Source: an uncultured bacterium
GTDB lineage: Bacteria; UBP14; UBA6098; B30-G16
Length of the DNA stretch: 64,000 nt
Reading direction: 5' to 3'
NCBI GenBank assembly: GCA_965552135.1
Contig: CBEVQY010000001.1
Location: 1-64,000, forward strand
This document shows, in pieces, positions 30,672-39,995 of the stretch (its first letter is position 1; the number at the start of each line of letters is the position of its first letter). Both the position numbers and the translations under genes were made by a program. The notes below the pieces were generated by a model. The model was not told where the DNA came from, ran no database searches, and saw only the letters and a program-made list of their open reading frames with translations.

Positions 30672-31499
30672 ATGCGAGTTTTTTTGGCAGCGCTTGGGGT
30701 TTTTGTGCTTTCCATTGCCTTTTGGGGTTGCGGAGGGATCGAGCCAAACACACCTGAGCCGCCCTCGTCGCCGGTTATAACCTTCGGCGACGACGAATAC
30801 GAGGTTGTGCTGTCGTGGCTTCCAAGCCCCTCGGTGATCGATGGGTACAGGATAAGCTTCAACGGCGAGCTTTTGGCGGAGCTGCCCTCGAGTCAAACTG
30901 AGTACTCCCACTATCCACCAACCTTGGGCACGTACGAGCTAATAGCCTTCAAGGACAGGGCGGAGAGCGCCAGGAGGCACGTCGAACTTCCCGGCGCTTG
31001 GCGCGACAGCACAAGCCTTGCGCCAAAGGTCTTTTCGGGCTTTAGGTTCGACACAAGACCCGCCTGGTCGCTGCGGTACGGAGTTTACTCCATGGGGCAG
31101 TATGGGACCCCCGAGAACGAGTACCTCGCCGATTCCATCGACTTCTTCGTCGACACCACATACACCCTCCACAGTCCGTACCGCATAGTGGAGCTTGGCA
31201 ACTGGACCCACGCCTTTAAGACGAAGTTCAAGCTTATAGCCCGCGGCGTGACCTCCGCTGTGCTCGATACGCTCACCCTCATCCCTCAGTACAGCGGCAG
31301 CTACCTCGACTCGGTGAAGGTTGAGACCGGAGACCTTGTTGCCGTCGTTGCGTTCCGCGACAACCCGACGGTGGCGTCGTCGGACAAGATTTACGCTGTG
31401 CTCTTTGTCGCCCTCGTCGACGAGGAGGCGGAACGTTTGCACTTCATCCACAAGTTCCAGACCGCGCCCAACTTCAGACTGATACGCGAAGCGGACTGA
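30672..31499 (+). CDS. Hypothetical lipoprotein with an FN3-like N-terminal domain
   Basis: Lipobox FWGC; VVLSW..DGYRISFNG..Y...PTLGTYELIAF. The stop overlaps the rsmI ATG. Confidence 0.7.
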   Translation: MRVFLAALGVFVLSIAFWGCGGIEPNTPEPPSSPVITFGDDEYEVVLSWLPSPSVIDGYRISFNGELLAELPSSQTEYSHYPPTLGTYELIAFKDRAESARRHVELPGAWRDSTSLAPKVFSGFRFDTRPAWSLRYGVYSMGQYGTPENEYLADSIDFFVDTTYTLHSPYRIVELGNWTHAFKTKFKLIARGVTSAVLDTLTLIPQYSGSYLDSVKVETGDLVAVVAFRDNPTVASSDKIYAVLFVALVDEEAERLHFIHKFQTAPNFRLIREAD

Positions 31500-32320
31500 T
31501 GCTTGTTTCGGACAACTCCTCGCCCAGGCTGATACTCGTCCCGACGCCCGTGGGCAACCTCGGCGATATCACCCGTCGGGCGGTGGAGGCGCTCGAGAGC
31601 GCCGACGTGGTCTTCTGCGAGGACACACGCAGAACCCTAAAGCTTTTGAACCACCTCGGCATAAAAAAGAGGCTTCGGTCGCTTTACAGCTACAACCAAG
31701 CCCGCAGGGTGGGCGAGGTTTTGTCTCTGCTTTCGCGCGGAAAGACGGTGGTTTACGTGAGCGATTCGGGCACGCCTGGCATTTCGGACCCCGGAGCGGC
31801 TATTCTGCGAGCTGCCGTGGAGGCTGGTTTTCCGGCGACGGTTCTCCCCGGACCGACGGCTTTCGTTCCCGCCGTCGTTGCGTCGACGCTGCGGTGCGAC
31901 AGATTCGCCTTCCTCGGCTTCCCACCGTCGACGCCCAAGAGGCGGCGGAGGTTCTTGCGCGGCGTGGCGGGGCTCCCGCTCACACTCGTCTTCTACGAAG
32001 CGCCGCACAGACTGACGAAGTTCCTCGCCGACTGCGTCGAAATACTCGGCGCATCGAGGAGGTGCGCCGTGGTGAGGGAGATATCCAAGCTCCACGAGCA
32101 GCTTGTGCGCGGAAGCCTTGAGGAGGTTCTTCGGTTCTTCTCGGAGAAGCCGCCCCGCGGGGAGATCGTCGTTGTCGTTGAGGGTGCGTCGGAGGGGTCA
32201 GCCAATGGCGGTAAGCGCGATCGCGCCGACGAGGATGCAGTAGAAGCCAAACCACCAGAACCTCCCCCGCCTGAGGATCGGGATGAGCGCTGCAAGCGCC
32301 GCCATCCCGATGATGGCTGA
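31499..32320 (+). CDS. rsmI: 16S rRNA (cytidine1402-2'-O)-methyltransferase
   Basis: PTPVGNLGDIT.RA, CEDTRRT, VSDSGTPGISDPG, FYEAPHR, REISKLHE, RGEIVVVV. The last ~40 codons overlap uppP. Confidence 0.94.
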   Translation: MLVSDNSSPRLILVPTPVGNLGDITRRAVEALESADVVFCEDTRRTLKLLNHLGIKKRLRSLYSYNQARRVGEVLSLLSRGKTVVYVSDSGTPGISDPGAAILRAAVEAGFPATVLPGPTAFVPAVVASTLRCDRFAFLGFPPSTPKRRRRFLRGVAGLPLTLVFYEAPHRLTKFLADCVEILGASRRCAVVREISKLHEQLVRGSLEEVLRFFSEKPPRGEIVVVVEGASEGSANGGKRDRADEDAVEAKPPEPPPPEDRDERCKRRHPDDG

Positions 32321-32974
32321 TGCTGCCGCTGCGACCCAGACCTCCGCCGGCAGGTGCTCGCCACGTCTCAAAAGCTCCAATGCCTTAAGTGCGGCTGCGC
32401 CGGAGATGGCGGGTATGGCGAGGATGAACGAGAACTCCGCTGCGTCCTCCGGCTGTGCGCCGAGCCAAAGCGCCGCAGATATCGTGGCGCCGCTGCGCGA
32501 AACCCCAGGGAGGATGGCGAAAGCCTGCGCAAACCCAACAAAAAGCGCCGAAAGCGCGTTCCACCGGAACCGCTCCCTCGGTTTTGCCGCCGCCGTGGAG
32601 AGGAGCACCGCGCCGGTTACGACGAGCATCGCGGAGGTCAGTTTCGGCTCGGAGAAGAGCGCTTCTATCCTGTCGCCGAGGGCGACGCCGACGACGCCGG
32701 CGGGGACCGACGCCAGCGCTATGAGCAAAAGTCTTCTTGCGGGCTCACGCCCGAAGCGCATGCCGGCGGCATCGCGCACCATGGACCAAAGCCTCCTTCG
32801 GTAGAACGCGAGAATAGCCAAAAGTGTTCCCGCGTGCAGCGCTATCTCGATGGTTGCGTCGGGCTCGCGGACGCCGAGCAAAACCCTGCAGAGAACCAGA
32901 TGTCCGGAGCTTGATATCGGAAGGAACTCGGTTATCCCCTGCACGAGGGCGAGTACAAGCAGCGCGCCCAGCAT
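32198..32974 (-). CDS. uppP: Undecaprenyl-diphosphate phosphatase
   Basis: QGITEFLPISSSGHL, LHAGTL, PGVSRSGATI, AAEFSFIL. Confidence 0.95.
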   Translation of the reverse strand: MLGALLVLALVQGITEFLPISSSGHLVLCRVLLGVREPDATIEIALHAGTLLAILAFYRRRLWSMVRDAAGMRFGREPARRLLLIALASVPAGVVGVALGDRIEALFSEPKLTSAMLVVTGAVLLSTAAAKPRERFRWNALSALFVGFAQAFAILPGVSRSGATISAALWLGAQPEDAAEFSFILAIPAISGAAALKALELLRRGEHLPAEVWVAAAASAIIGMAALAALIPILRRGRFWWFGFYCILVGAIALTAIG

Positions 32975-32981
32975 AGGAGCT

Positions 32982-33698
32982 TCACCTGCCTCTCTGCTTC
33001 TCGAGAACCTCGAGCAGGAACTGGAAATCCTGCCAGAGGGGCTTTCGGAGCTTGTCGTTTCTTAGGATCGCCGCGGGGTGGTACGTCACCACAAGCGGGG
33101 TCCCCCTGAAGGAGTGGACGATGCCGCGCAGGTTCTTCATAGGCTCTTTTGTCCGCAGGAGTGCGCGGGCGGCTATTCGGCCGAGGCAGCAGATGACCTT
33201 GGGCTCGATTATCTCTATCTGTCTTCGCAGAAACGGCAGGCACGCGTGCTCTTCTTCTGGCAGCGGGTCGCGGTTCTCCGGAGGGCGGCACTTGAGGACG
33301 TTGGCGATGTACACCTCCCTCCTGGGCAGGTTGGCTGCGGAAAGCACGGTATCCAGAAGCTTGCCAGCCCTGCCGACGAAGGGTATTCCGCGCTTGTCTT
33401 CCTCTGCGCCGGGCGCCTCGCCAACGAACATCACCTCGGCGTCCGCGGGACCGCAGCCGAAAACGAGGTTCGTCCTCGTGGCGTAAAGCGGGCACCTCTT
33501 GCACTCCAAAGCCTCTTGGTAGAGCTGGGCAAGCGCCTCTTCTTTCTCCTTTCGCGATAGCGTCTTCTTCTCCTTTGGCAATAACTCGCCCGCAGTGCCC
33601 CCATCCGCCGAACGCCCACAGCGCCCGGGGAGGATAACCTCGCGCTCGCCCATATCCACCAGAAAGCGAAGGTAGTCGAAGCCTCCTTTGCCCCTCAT
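32982..33698 (-). CDS. Uracil-DNA glycosylase, family 4 (Fe-S)
   Basis: CKRCPL, GEAPG.EED..G.PFVG.AG.LL, NVLKCRPPENRDP, TYHPAA.LR. Confidence 0.93.
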   Translation of the reverse strand: MRGKGGFDYLRFLVDMGEREVILPGRCGRSADGGTAGELLPKEKKTLSRKEKEEALAQLYQEALECKRCPLYATRTNLVFGCGPADAEVMFVGEAPGAEEDKRGIPFVGRAGKLLDTVLSAANLPRREVYIANVLKCRPPENRDPLPEEEHACLPFLRRQIEIIEPKVICCLGRIAARALLRTKEPMKNLRGIVHSFRGTPLVVTYHPAAILRNDKLRKPLWQDFQFLLEVLEKQRGR

Positions 33699-35047
33699 TG
33701 CCACCTGCCCGTTTTAGCCCACCTCATCGTGAAGAAATACGGGACGATCACCGTCCCCTGCCCGACCATACCGGCGAAGATCGCCCACCATATCCCCAAC
33801 GCGCCGATCTCCTTAGCAAGGTAAAAGGCGAGGGGCAGCTGCACAAGGCAAAGCGAAACGAATACAGCCAAAAAGGGCGGCGTTGTGTGTCCGGAGCCGT
33901 TTATCGCCCTAAGCAGTATCGCTCCGACGGCGTAGAGTGGGTAGCCGAGCGGGATGAGCCTCAGGTATGCAGTCGCCGGAACGATCACCTGAGCGCTTTT
34001 CGAGAAAAGCGCTGGGATCTGGTGCGCCAGGGCGAAGTAAAGGATCCCGAGGGGCACGATGAGCGCTTCGTAGTAGAGCACTCCCACAAGTGCGGCTTTT
34101 CTGGCGCGGAGTCTTTCGCCCGCGCCGAGGTTCTGTCCAACGACCGCAGCCGCAGCGTTGCCAAGAGCATACCCCGGCAAAAGCGCCATCATGTTCAGGC
34201 GGATGCCTATGGTGTACGCAGCGGTCACATCGACGCCGAACCCCGCGGCAAGGCGCATCATCAAAAATCCAACGAGCGTGTTGAGGAAGACCTGCCCGCC
34301 GCCCGGAACGGCGATCTCGAAGAACTTTTTTATGGTGGAGAGGTCTGTCCTGAAGCGTCGCAGATCAAGCCTGAAGGCGTTGACTCCTCTGGTGAGGACG
34401 ATGGCTCCCGCCACAAGCCCCGCAAGCCTTGCGAGCACCGTTGCCACTGCAGCGCCGTTTACGCCCCAGCGCGGAAACGGACCCCAGCCGAAGATGAAAA
34501 GTGGGTCGAGCACGATGTTAAGCAGAACCGAGGAGACCATAAGCACCATAGGCGTTTTCGCGTCGCCGGCGCCCTGGAGCGTCGACGAGATGACGAACAT
34601 AAGCACCATCGTGAAGGCGCCCGACATGAGGATGAGCATGTATGAGTTCGCCGCGGAGAGGAGTTCACCCCTCGCTCCCATAAGCTTCAGGACGTGCTTT
34701 CCCGCCAGTGCGGCGCCCGCGGCGACGACAACCGACACCCCCAGACCAACGACCACCGCGGCGACAGCTGATCTGTGCGCGCCGTCGAAGTCCTGTGCGC
34801 CGATGTAGCGCGAAACCATCGCGCGCGTCGCCGTCGCCAAGCCAACAACAAGCGTCATCATCGCGCTCGAGATGACACCGACCATCCCCACCGCGGCAAC
34901 CGCAACTGACCCAAGCCTGCCGACGAAGTACATATCGGTCAGGTTGAACAGGTTAACTACTGCGTTTGTGACGACCATAGGCAGGGCAAGCGAAAGGAGT
35001 GCGCGCGCTACGTCCCCGGATACTATGAGCTCCCGCGGGTGACCCAT
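33695..35047 (-). CDS. MATE family efflux transporter
   Basis: About 12 TM helices; LTDMYFVGRLG, LQGAGDAKTPM, NIVLDPLFIFG, GAAVATV, VGQNLGAG. Confidence 0.93.
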   Translation of the reverse strand: MGHPRELIVSGDVARALLSLALPMVVTNAVVNLFNLTDMYFVGRLGSVAVAAVGMVGVISSAMMTLVVGLATATRAMVSRYIGAQDFDGAHRSAVAAVVVGLGVSVVVAAGAALAGKHVLKLMGARGELLSAANSYMLILMSGAFTMVLMFVISSTLQGAGDAKTPMVLMVSSVLLNIVLDPLFIFGWGPFPRWGVNGAAVATVLARLAGLVAGAIVLTRGVNAFRLDLRRFRTDLSTIKKFFEIAVPGGGQVFLNTLVGFLMMRLAAGFGVDVTAAYTIGIRLNMMALLPGYALGNAAAAVVGQNLGAGERLRARKAALVGVLYYEALIVPLGILYFALAHQIPALFSKSAQVIVPATAYLRLIPLGYPLYAVGAILLRAINGSGHTTPPFLAVFVSLCLVQLPLAFYLAKEIGALGIWWAIFAGMVGQGTVIVPYFFTMRWAKTGRWQ

Positions 35048-35049
35048 AT

Positions 35050-37536
35050 CTATCGCAGATGCAGTACGGGGAAATCCCCCAGCCCTTCGACGCGTATGAA
35101 GTAGACGCCGCTTGGGATGTTTAGCCTGTCGAAGACAACGGAGCCGTCCCCCGCCGCAGAGGCTACAACCCTCCCGGAAAGATCAACCACCTCGACCAGC
35201 CTTCTGCCGCGAAAGCGCACCGCAACGCGGCTTGAGAAGGGCGTTGGCGCGATGTCCACCTTTTGAGCTTTGCAATCTACAGAGTCTCTATCGGCGACCT
35301 TCGTGTTGATCTCGAATATTCCCCAGCGCGCCTGCATGTACCCTCCGCAGCCCGATATCCAAGCCAAAAGGAGCGAGCCGTCGGGGAGGACTGCGCCGTC
35401 GGGGTTTAGGTCTGGGCAGTCCGAGAATGTAAGTCTTGTGGGCAGCCAGTCGTCGTCGCGGCGCTTTAGCGCCCAAAGCTCCGTGTTGCGCTGCGAGTGC
35501 ACAGCCGGGAAGATGACCACGGGTTCGCCCGTCTCGTCCACGATCGCCTGAGGTCTCAGCGCGGCAAGGTCGCTCCAGATCACCTCGGGCTCCGACCAGG
35601 TGTCTTCGCGCCTCATTGCGCAGACGGCGCCGCCACGAACGAAGAATAGCCAGACAGTACCGTCCCCCGCAACGACTGCCGACGGGTATGATCCCGCCGA
35701 AAGCGATTCTGGTTCGCTCAGCGTGCCATCGCAAAGCCTTGCGCAGAATATCTGCGGTCCCGCGGGGCGGAGACCGCACCAGAAGATCCAAAGCGCGCCC
35801 GACGAATCGAGCACCGCGTACGGGCTTATCTCGTCGAAGCGGTCGCACGTTATGCGGAAATCGAAGCCCGGGGCAACCTCCCATGTGGAGTCGCTGCGGA
35901 AGGTCAGGTAGAGGTCCTTGAGCGGTGCAGGCAGGGCTGGTGCAAGCCAGCTGTAGATCACGCCGGCGGCTCCGCGAAAGCTGAAGGGGAACGGGTGTGA
36001 GTGATAGCCATCGCCACGGGATAAGGACGCGGCCGCGCCGGAGTCGAAGGGAACAATGTCCAAAACGCCTCCTTCGCCCACGAAGAAGAGGTCGTTTGGG
36101 TTTTGCGAGAGTGCAAGTTCGCCCGTCGTTGGCGCCACGATGTCCGCAAGCCCGTTGTCGTGCACAAAGCCGCCCCAAAACGAAAAGACGTGCACGCTGA
36201 GCCACTCGTCCCCCCCGTCGAGGACGAATATCTCCGCCCCGTCGTCCTGCGGTACGACGTCGACGTCGGCTGCGGCGCCGAAGGTGACGAGCGGGAACCC
36301 ATTGGGCGCGGCAAAGCCCGTGTCGACGGAGACCACGCCGCGGCTCGCGTAGAGCGTCCTCAGCGTCGGATCTCCCAGGACGACAAGCCCGTAGTGCCAC
36401 TCGGGTATCCTGTCGGCTGCGGTAGAGAGTATGTTTCGCATGGCGTCGCCAACGCACATCGTCTGAAGCATCTCGAAGAAGTCGTCGAGCACCTCGGTTA
36501 TGATGCTTCCCGTCTTCGTGCTCCCCACAACCCATAGGGCGCGATCGCCGAAGAAGAGGTAGCAGCATCCGATGTTGTCCTGCTCGACGAACCTCGCTCC
36601 GGAGCAGGCAAAGAGGTGGTAGAAGTTGGCGCGCGGCGGAAGAGCTGCGATATCGGTGTTGAACACAAGCCCCTCTCCGCCCGTGTAGTGTCTCCAGGGC
36701 GACGAGTGAGCCATGATGTTCACAAGCTCGAAGCCGCGCCCTCGAACCCGCGAGAGGTAATCGCTTGGGCTGAATACATCCCGCACCACCTCGGCGTACT
36801 CGAACTCGGAGAAGGGGTAGTAGAAGAAGTCGTGCCAGTCTTCGTATTCGTACGAGAGCGCCGCCGCCCAAACCGGCATCTCGCCCGTTTTGTACTCGTG
36901 GTCCCTGTCGAAATAGCGCCGCAAAAGCTCGACCGGATCTCCAAAGGAAAGCTTGGTCGGATCGAGCCTCCCAACCCATATCTCCGCCTCGTTGTTCGTG
37001 AAGCGGTTGTGTTCGTCGATGATGCCGTCGTCGTCCACATCGAGCCAGATGCCATCCAGGTCGCAGAAGTAGAAGTCGCATGGGAAGACCTCGATGACCG
37101 TGTCGCTTGGTTCGTAGGGGTCCCACACCTCGACCATACGGAACCACTTCACCGGCAGGTTCCCCACGAAGACGGCGCCGACGATATCGGGCAGCAGGGA
37201 TGCGAGGTGGTCCCTCAGCTCCTCGGGGTAGCCCGAGCTCATCGTATCAAGGGCAACGGAGTACCCTTCGGCCTCGAGGTCGTCGCAGAAGCGCATAAGG
37301 ACGTCCTCAAGCGGTCCATAGAGGCTGGACTGGACGACCACGTCCACAAGGTTCTCCTTGGACCCTTTCGGCTGGCGGACCGTTCCGAGCCGCAGCGGGG
37401 TTTTGGGGAAGCCAAAGCGTTCATCGTACTCCTTTGGTGTTATGGGTTTTCCGCCCGCGGGGTCGATCCACCGCGTTATGGGGACCTGCGCCGCCGCGAC
37501 AGCGACGAAGACCACAACGACGAAAAGCCGCCCCAT
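35050..37536 (-). CDS. Peptidase C25 (gingipain-like) with a beta-propeller-like region and a T9SS type-A-like C-terminal domain
   Basis: Signal peptide; FVGNLP, PCDFYFCDLDG, EIWVGRL, NIMAHSS (His), FACSG (Cys), VLGDPTL; C-terminal PTPFS..VVDLSGRVV..IPSGVYFIR. Confidence 0.82.
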   Translation of the reverse strand: MGRLFVVVVFVAVAAAQVPITRWIDPAGGKPITPKEYDERFGFPKTPLRLGTVRQPKGSKENLVDVVVQSSLYGPLEDVLMRFCDDLEAEGYSVALDTMSSGYPEELRDHLASLLPDIVGAVFVGNLPVKWFRMVEVWDPYEPSDTVIEVFPCDFYFCDLDGIWLDVDDDGIIDEHNRFTNNEAEIWVGRLDPTKLSFGDPVELLRRYFDRDHEYKTGEMPVWAAALSYEYEDWHDFFYYPFSEFEYAEVVRDVFSPSDYLSRVRGRGFELVNIMAHSSPWRHYTGGEGLVFNTDIAALPPRANFYHLFACSGARFVEQDNIGCCYLFFGDRALWVVGSTKTGSIITEVLDDFFEMLQTMCVGDAMRNILSTAADRIPEWHYGLVVLGDPTLRTLYASRGVVSVDTGFAAPNGFPLVTFGAAADVDVVPQDDGAEIFVLDGGDEWLSVHVFSFWGGFVHDNGLADIVAPTTGELALSQNPNDLFFVGEGGVLDIVPFDSGAAASLSRGDGYHSHPFPFSFRGAAGVIYSWLAPALPAPLKDLYLTFRSDSTWEVAPGFDFRITCDRFDEISPYAVLDSSGALWIFWCGLRPAGPQIFCARLCDGTLSEPESLSAGSYPSAVVAGDGTVWLFFVRGGAVCAMRREDTWSEPEVIWSDLAALRPQAIVDETGEPVVIFPAVHSQRNTELWALKRRDDDWLPTRLTFSDCPDLNPDGAVLPDGSLLLAWISGCGGYMQARWGIFEINTKVADRDSVDCKAQKVDIAPTPFSSRVAVRFRGRRLVEVVDLSGRVVASAAGDGSVVFDRLNIPSGVYFIRVEGLGDFPVLHLR

Positions 37537-37619
37537 AAGGCTACCTCGTAAAGACCAACTTCTAAGAAAATAAAACCCGGACGCCGACTTGACCAAGCTC
37601 TTTCGCGGGCTTTGAGGGC

Positions 37620-39560
37620 TCAGCTCTTTTTTGCGGAGATGAGCACTTCGGCTTTGTCGGCTATTCCTGCGGCGTCGAGGCCCAGAATCGCCAAAAGCTC
37701 CTTTCGCGTGCCGTGCTCGATGAACCTGTCGGGTATGCCGTGGACGGCGATTTTTGGTGTGAGGTTGTGCGCCGCCGCGAACAGCAGCACTCCCTCGCCA
37801 AACCCACCCACAACCGTCCCCTCCTCGACCGTGAGGATGCACCTGTGGCTCTGGAGCACGTCGCTCAGGGTGTCCTCGTCGAGGGGCTTTATGAATCTGC
37901 AGTTGACCACCGTTGGTTCGACTCCAAGGCGTTTTTGCACAAGCTCCGCCGCCTCAAGCGCAGGATAAACCATCGAGCCTGTGGCGAGGATGGCGATCTC
38001 TCCGTCGCCGCGCCTGAGGACCTCCCAGCTTCCGAGGGGTATCTCCTCGAAGTCGCCTATCTGTACGCCGACGGCGGCGCCACGGGGATACCTTATAGCC
38101 CACGGCTCACTGAACCGAGAGAGGGCGGTGAAGAGCAGGTTTCTGAGCTCCTGCTCGTCCTTCGGGGCAGCGACCACGATCTCGGGGACGGACCGGAGGT
38201 ATGCGATGTCGAACGCGCCGTGGTGTGTGGGTCCGTCCTCGCCGACGATGCCGGCTCTGTCCACCGCCAGAACAAGCGGCGCCCTCTGGAGCGCAACATC
38301 GTGGATCAGGGGGTCGTATGCGCGCTGGAGGAATGTGGAGTATATCGCCGCCACGGTGCGCCTGCCTTCGGCTGCCGTCACGGCGCCGAAGACAACGGCG
38401 TGCGCCTCGGCTATCCCGACGTCGAAAAACCTATCCGGAAAGCGCCTGTGGAAGTCGACGAGTCCTGTCCCCGTCTCCATCGCGGCGGTGATGGCTATAA
38501 GGTCGTCGAAGCGCTCGCCAAGCTCGACCATAGCGCTGCCGAAAACCTTCGTGTACGACGGCGGACCGGAGGACTTTAAAATCTCGCCGGTTTCGGGGTC
38601 AAATCTGCCCAAGCCGTGGTACGTTGTGGCGTCGCGCTCCGCGGGAACAAAACCCTTGCCCTTCTTGGTGAGAACGTGCAAAAGCTTTGGCTTGCGGACG
38701 TCCTTTATCTCGCGCAGCACGTGGACGAGCTCAACGACGTCGTGACCGTCCACGGGACCGTAGTACTCGAAGCCAAGGTGCTCGAAGAGCATCCCAGGCA
38801 CGATGAGGTTTTTGAGGGAGTCCTCAAGCTTTCTTGCGATCGACCTCAGGTGCTTTCCGAGCTCGCCCGCCCTGCCCATCAGGTTCCAGACGTTGTCCTT
38901 GACCCTTTGGTAGATCGGGCTTGCCACGACCTCGGTGAGGTATTTCGACAGGGCGCCCACGCTGGGCGAGATCGACATGGCGTTGTCGTTGAGGACGACG
39001 AGCATTTCGGTGCCAGCCGCGCCCGCGTTGTTGAGCCCTTCGAAGGCAAGCCCGCCGGTGAGTGATCCGTCGCCTATTACGGCTACAACGCGGAAGTCAT
39101 CTCCCACAAGGTCGCGGTGGGTCGCAAAGCCCAGCGCAGCGGAGATCGATGTGCTTGCGTGCCCTGCGCCCCAGGCATCGTATTCGCTTTCGTCCCGCTT
39201 GCAGAAGCCCGAAAGCCCACCGCGCTGCCTGAGCGTGTGGAGACGGTCCTTGCGCCCCGTAAGAGCCTTGTAGGCATACGCCTGATGGCTGACGTCCCAG
39301 ATGATCTTATCCCTCGGGGGGTCGTAGACGTAGAGGAGAGCGATGGTAAGCTCGACGACGCCGAGGCTTGGCGCCAAATGCCCTCCAGTGCGCGAAACGG
39401 TGTCGATTATAAACTCCCGAACCTCCTCGGCAAGCACGGGAAGCTTGTGCAGGGGAAGCCTTTTTAGATCAGCTGGGGTTTCGATCTGCCGCAAAAGCTC
39501 CCCTTGCCTTGCGCGATGCCTTTCCTCAAAGCGGGAGCCTATGTCGTCAGCGGGGGTCAT
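37620..39560 (-). CDS. dxs: 1-deoxy-D-xylulose-5-phosphate synthase
   Basis: GGHLAPSLGVVELT, GHASTSIS, GDGSLTGG..LNDN, GPVDGHD, DVGIAEAHA, YSTFLQRAYD, DRAG..GEDGPTH, RYPRG. Confidence 0.97.
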   Translation of the reverse strand: MTPADDIGSRFEERHRARQGELLRQIETPADLKRLPLHKLPVLAEEVREFIIDTVSRTGGHLAPSLGVVELTIALLYVYDPPRDKIIWDVSHQAYAYKALTGRKDRLHTLRQRGGLSGFCKRDESEYDAWGAGHASTSISAALGFATHRDLVGDDFRVVAVIGDGSLTGGLAFEGLNNAGAAGTEMLVVLNDNAMSISPSVGALSKYLTEVVASPIYQRVKDNVWNLMGRAGELGKHLRSIARKLEDSLKNLIVPGMLFEHLGFEYYGPVDGHDVVELVHVLREIKDVRKPKLLHVLTKKGKGFVPAERDATTYHGLGRFDPETGEILKSSGPPSYTKVFGSAMVELGERFDDLIAITAAMETGTGLVDFHRRFPDRFFDVGIAEAHAVVFGAVTAAEGRRTVAAIYSTFLQRAYDPLIHDVALQRAPLVLAVDRAGIVGEDGPTHHGAFDIAYLRSVPEIVVAAPKDEQELRNLLFTALSRFSEPWAIRYPRGAAVGVQIGDFEEIPLGSWEVLRRGDGEIAILATGSMVYPALEAAELVQKRLGVEPTVVNCRFIKPLDEDTLSDVLQSHRCILTVEEGTVVGGFGEGVLLFAAAHNLTPKIAVHGIPDRFIEHGTRKELLAILGLDAAGIADKAEVLISAKKS

Positions 39561-39575
39561 GGCAGCACAGGGGCT

Positions 39576-39983
39576 TTACGGCAGGATGGCGCCTATGCGC
39601 GAAAGGAAGCTTTTGAAGACCGTTTCCGTGTAGCCTGCGCTCGTCCCGGCCTTGGGCGCGGCGAGAACAACGATGTAGGTGCCCTTTATAACGGTCATCC
39701 AGTGGTAAGCGCCGCTGAAGGTGAAGCGAACGCTTTCGAGACGAATGGGGTCGCCCCGCCTGTAGTTTTGCATAATGTCCAGCATCTTCGTCATAAGCTT
39801 TCCCCTGAACATCTCCACCGCGGCGCCGCAGGCAACCTCAAGAAGCTCGTCGGGAAGTCCAGAACGATTCTTCAGCACGATGATCTCGCTGCTGTCGAGT
39901 CTCACTATACCAACGCCGCTTCCGTTGCACCTTTCCAAGAGCTTGTCCAAAAGGTCGCCCAGCTTTACAAGATCAACCTCCAC
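39576..39983 (-). CDS. Hypothetical protein, possibly a roadblock/LC7-like fold
   Basis: Fills the gap between ispA and dxs in the same orientation with an RBS. The inferred helix-strand-strand-helix-strand-strand-strand-helix pattern resembles roadblock proteins. Confidence 0.55.
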   Translation of the reverse strand: MEVDLVKLGDLLDKLLERCNGSGVGIVRLDSSEIIVLKNRSGLPDELLEVACGAAVEMFRGKLMTKMLDIMQNYRRGDPIRLESVRFTFSGAYHWMTVIKGTYIVVLAAPKAGTSAGYTETVFKSFLSRIGAILP

Positions 39984-39995
39984 GTTCCCCCACCG

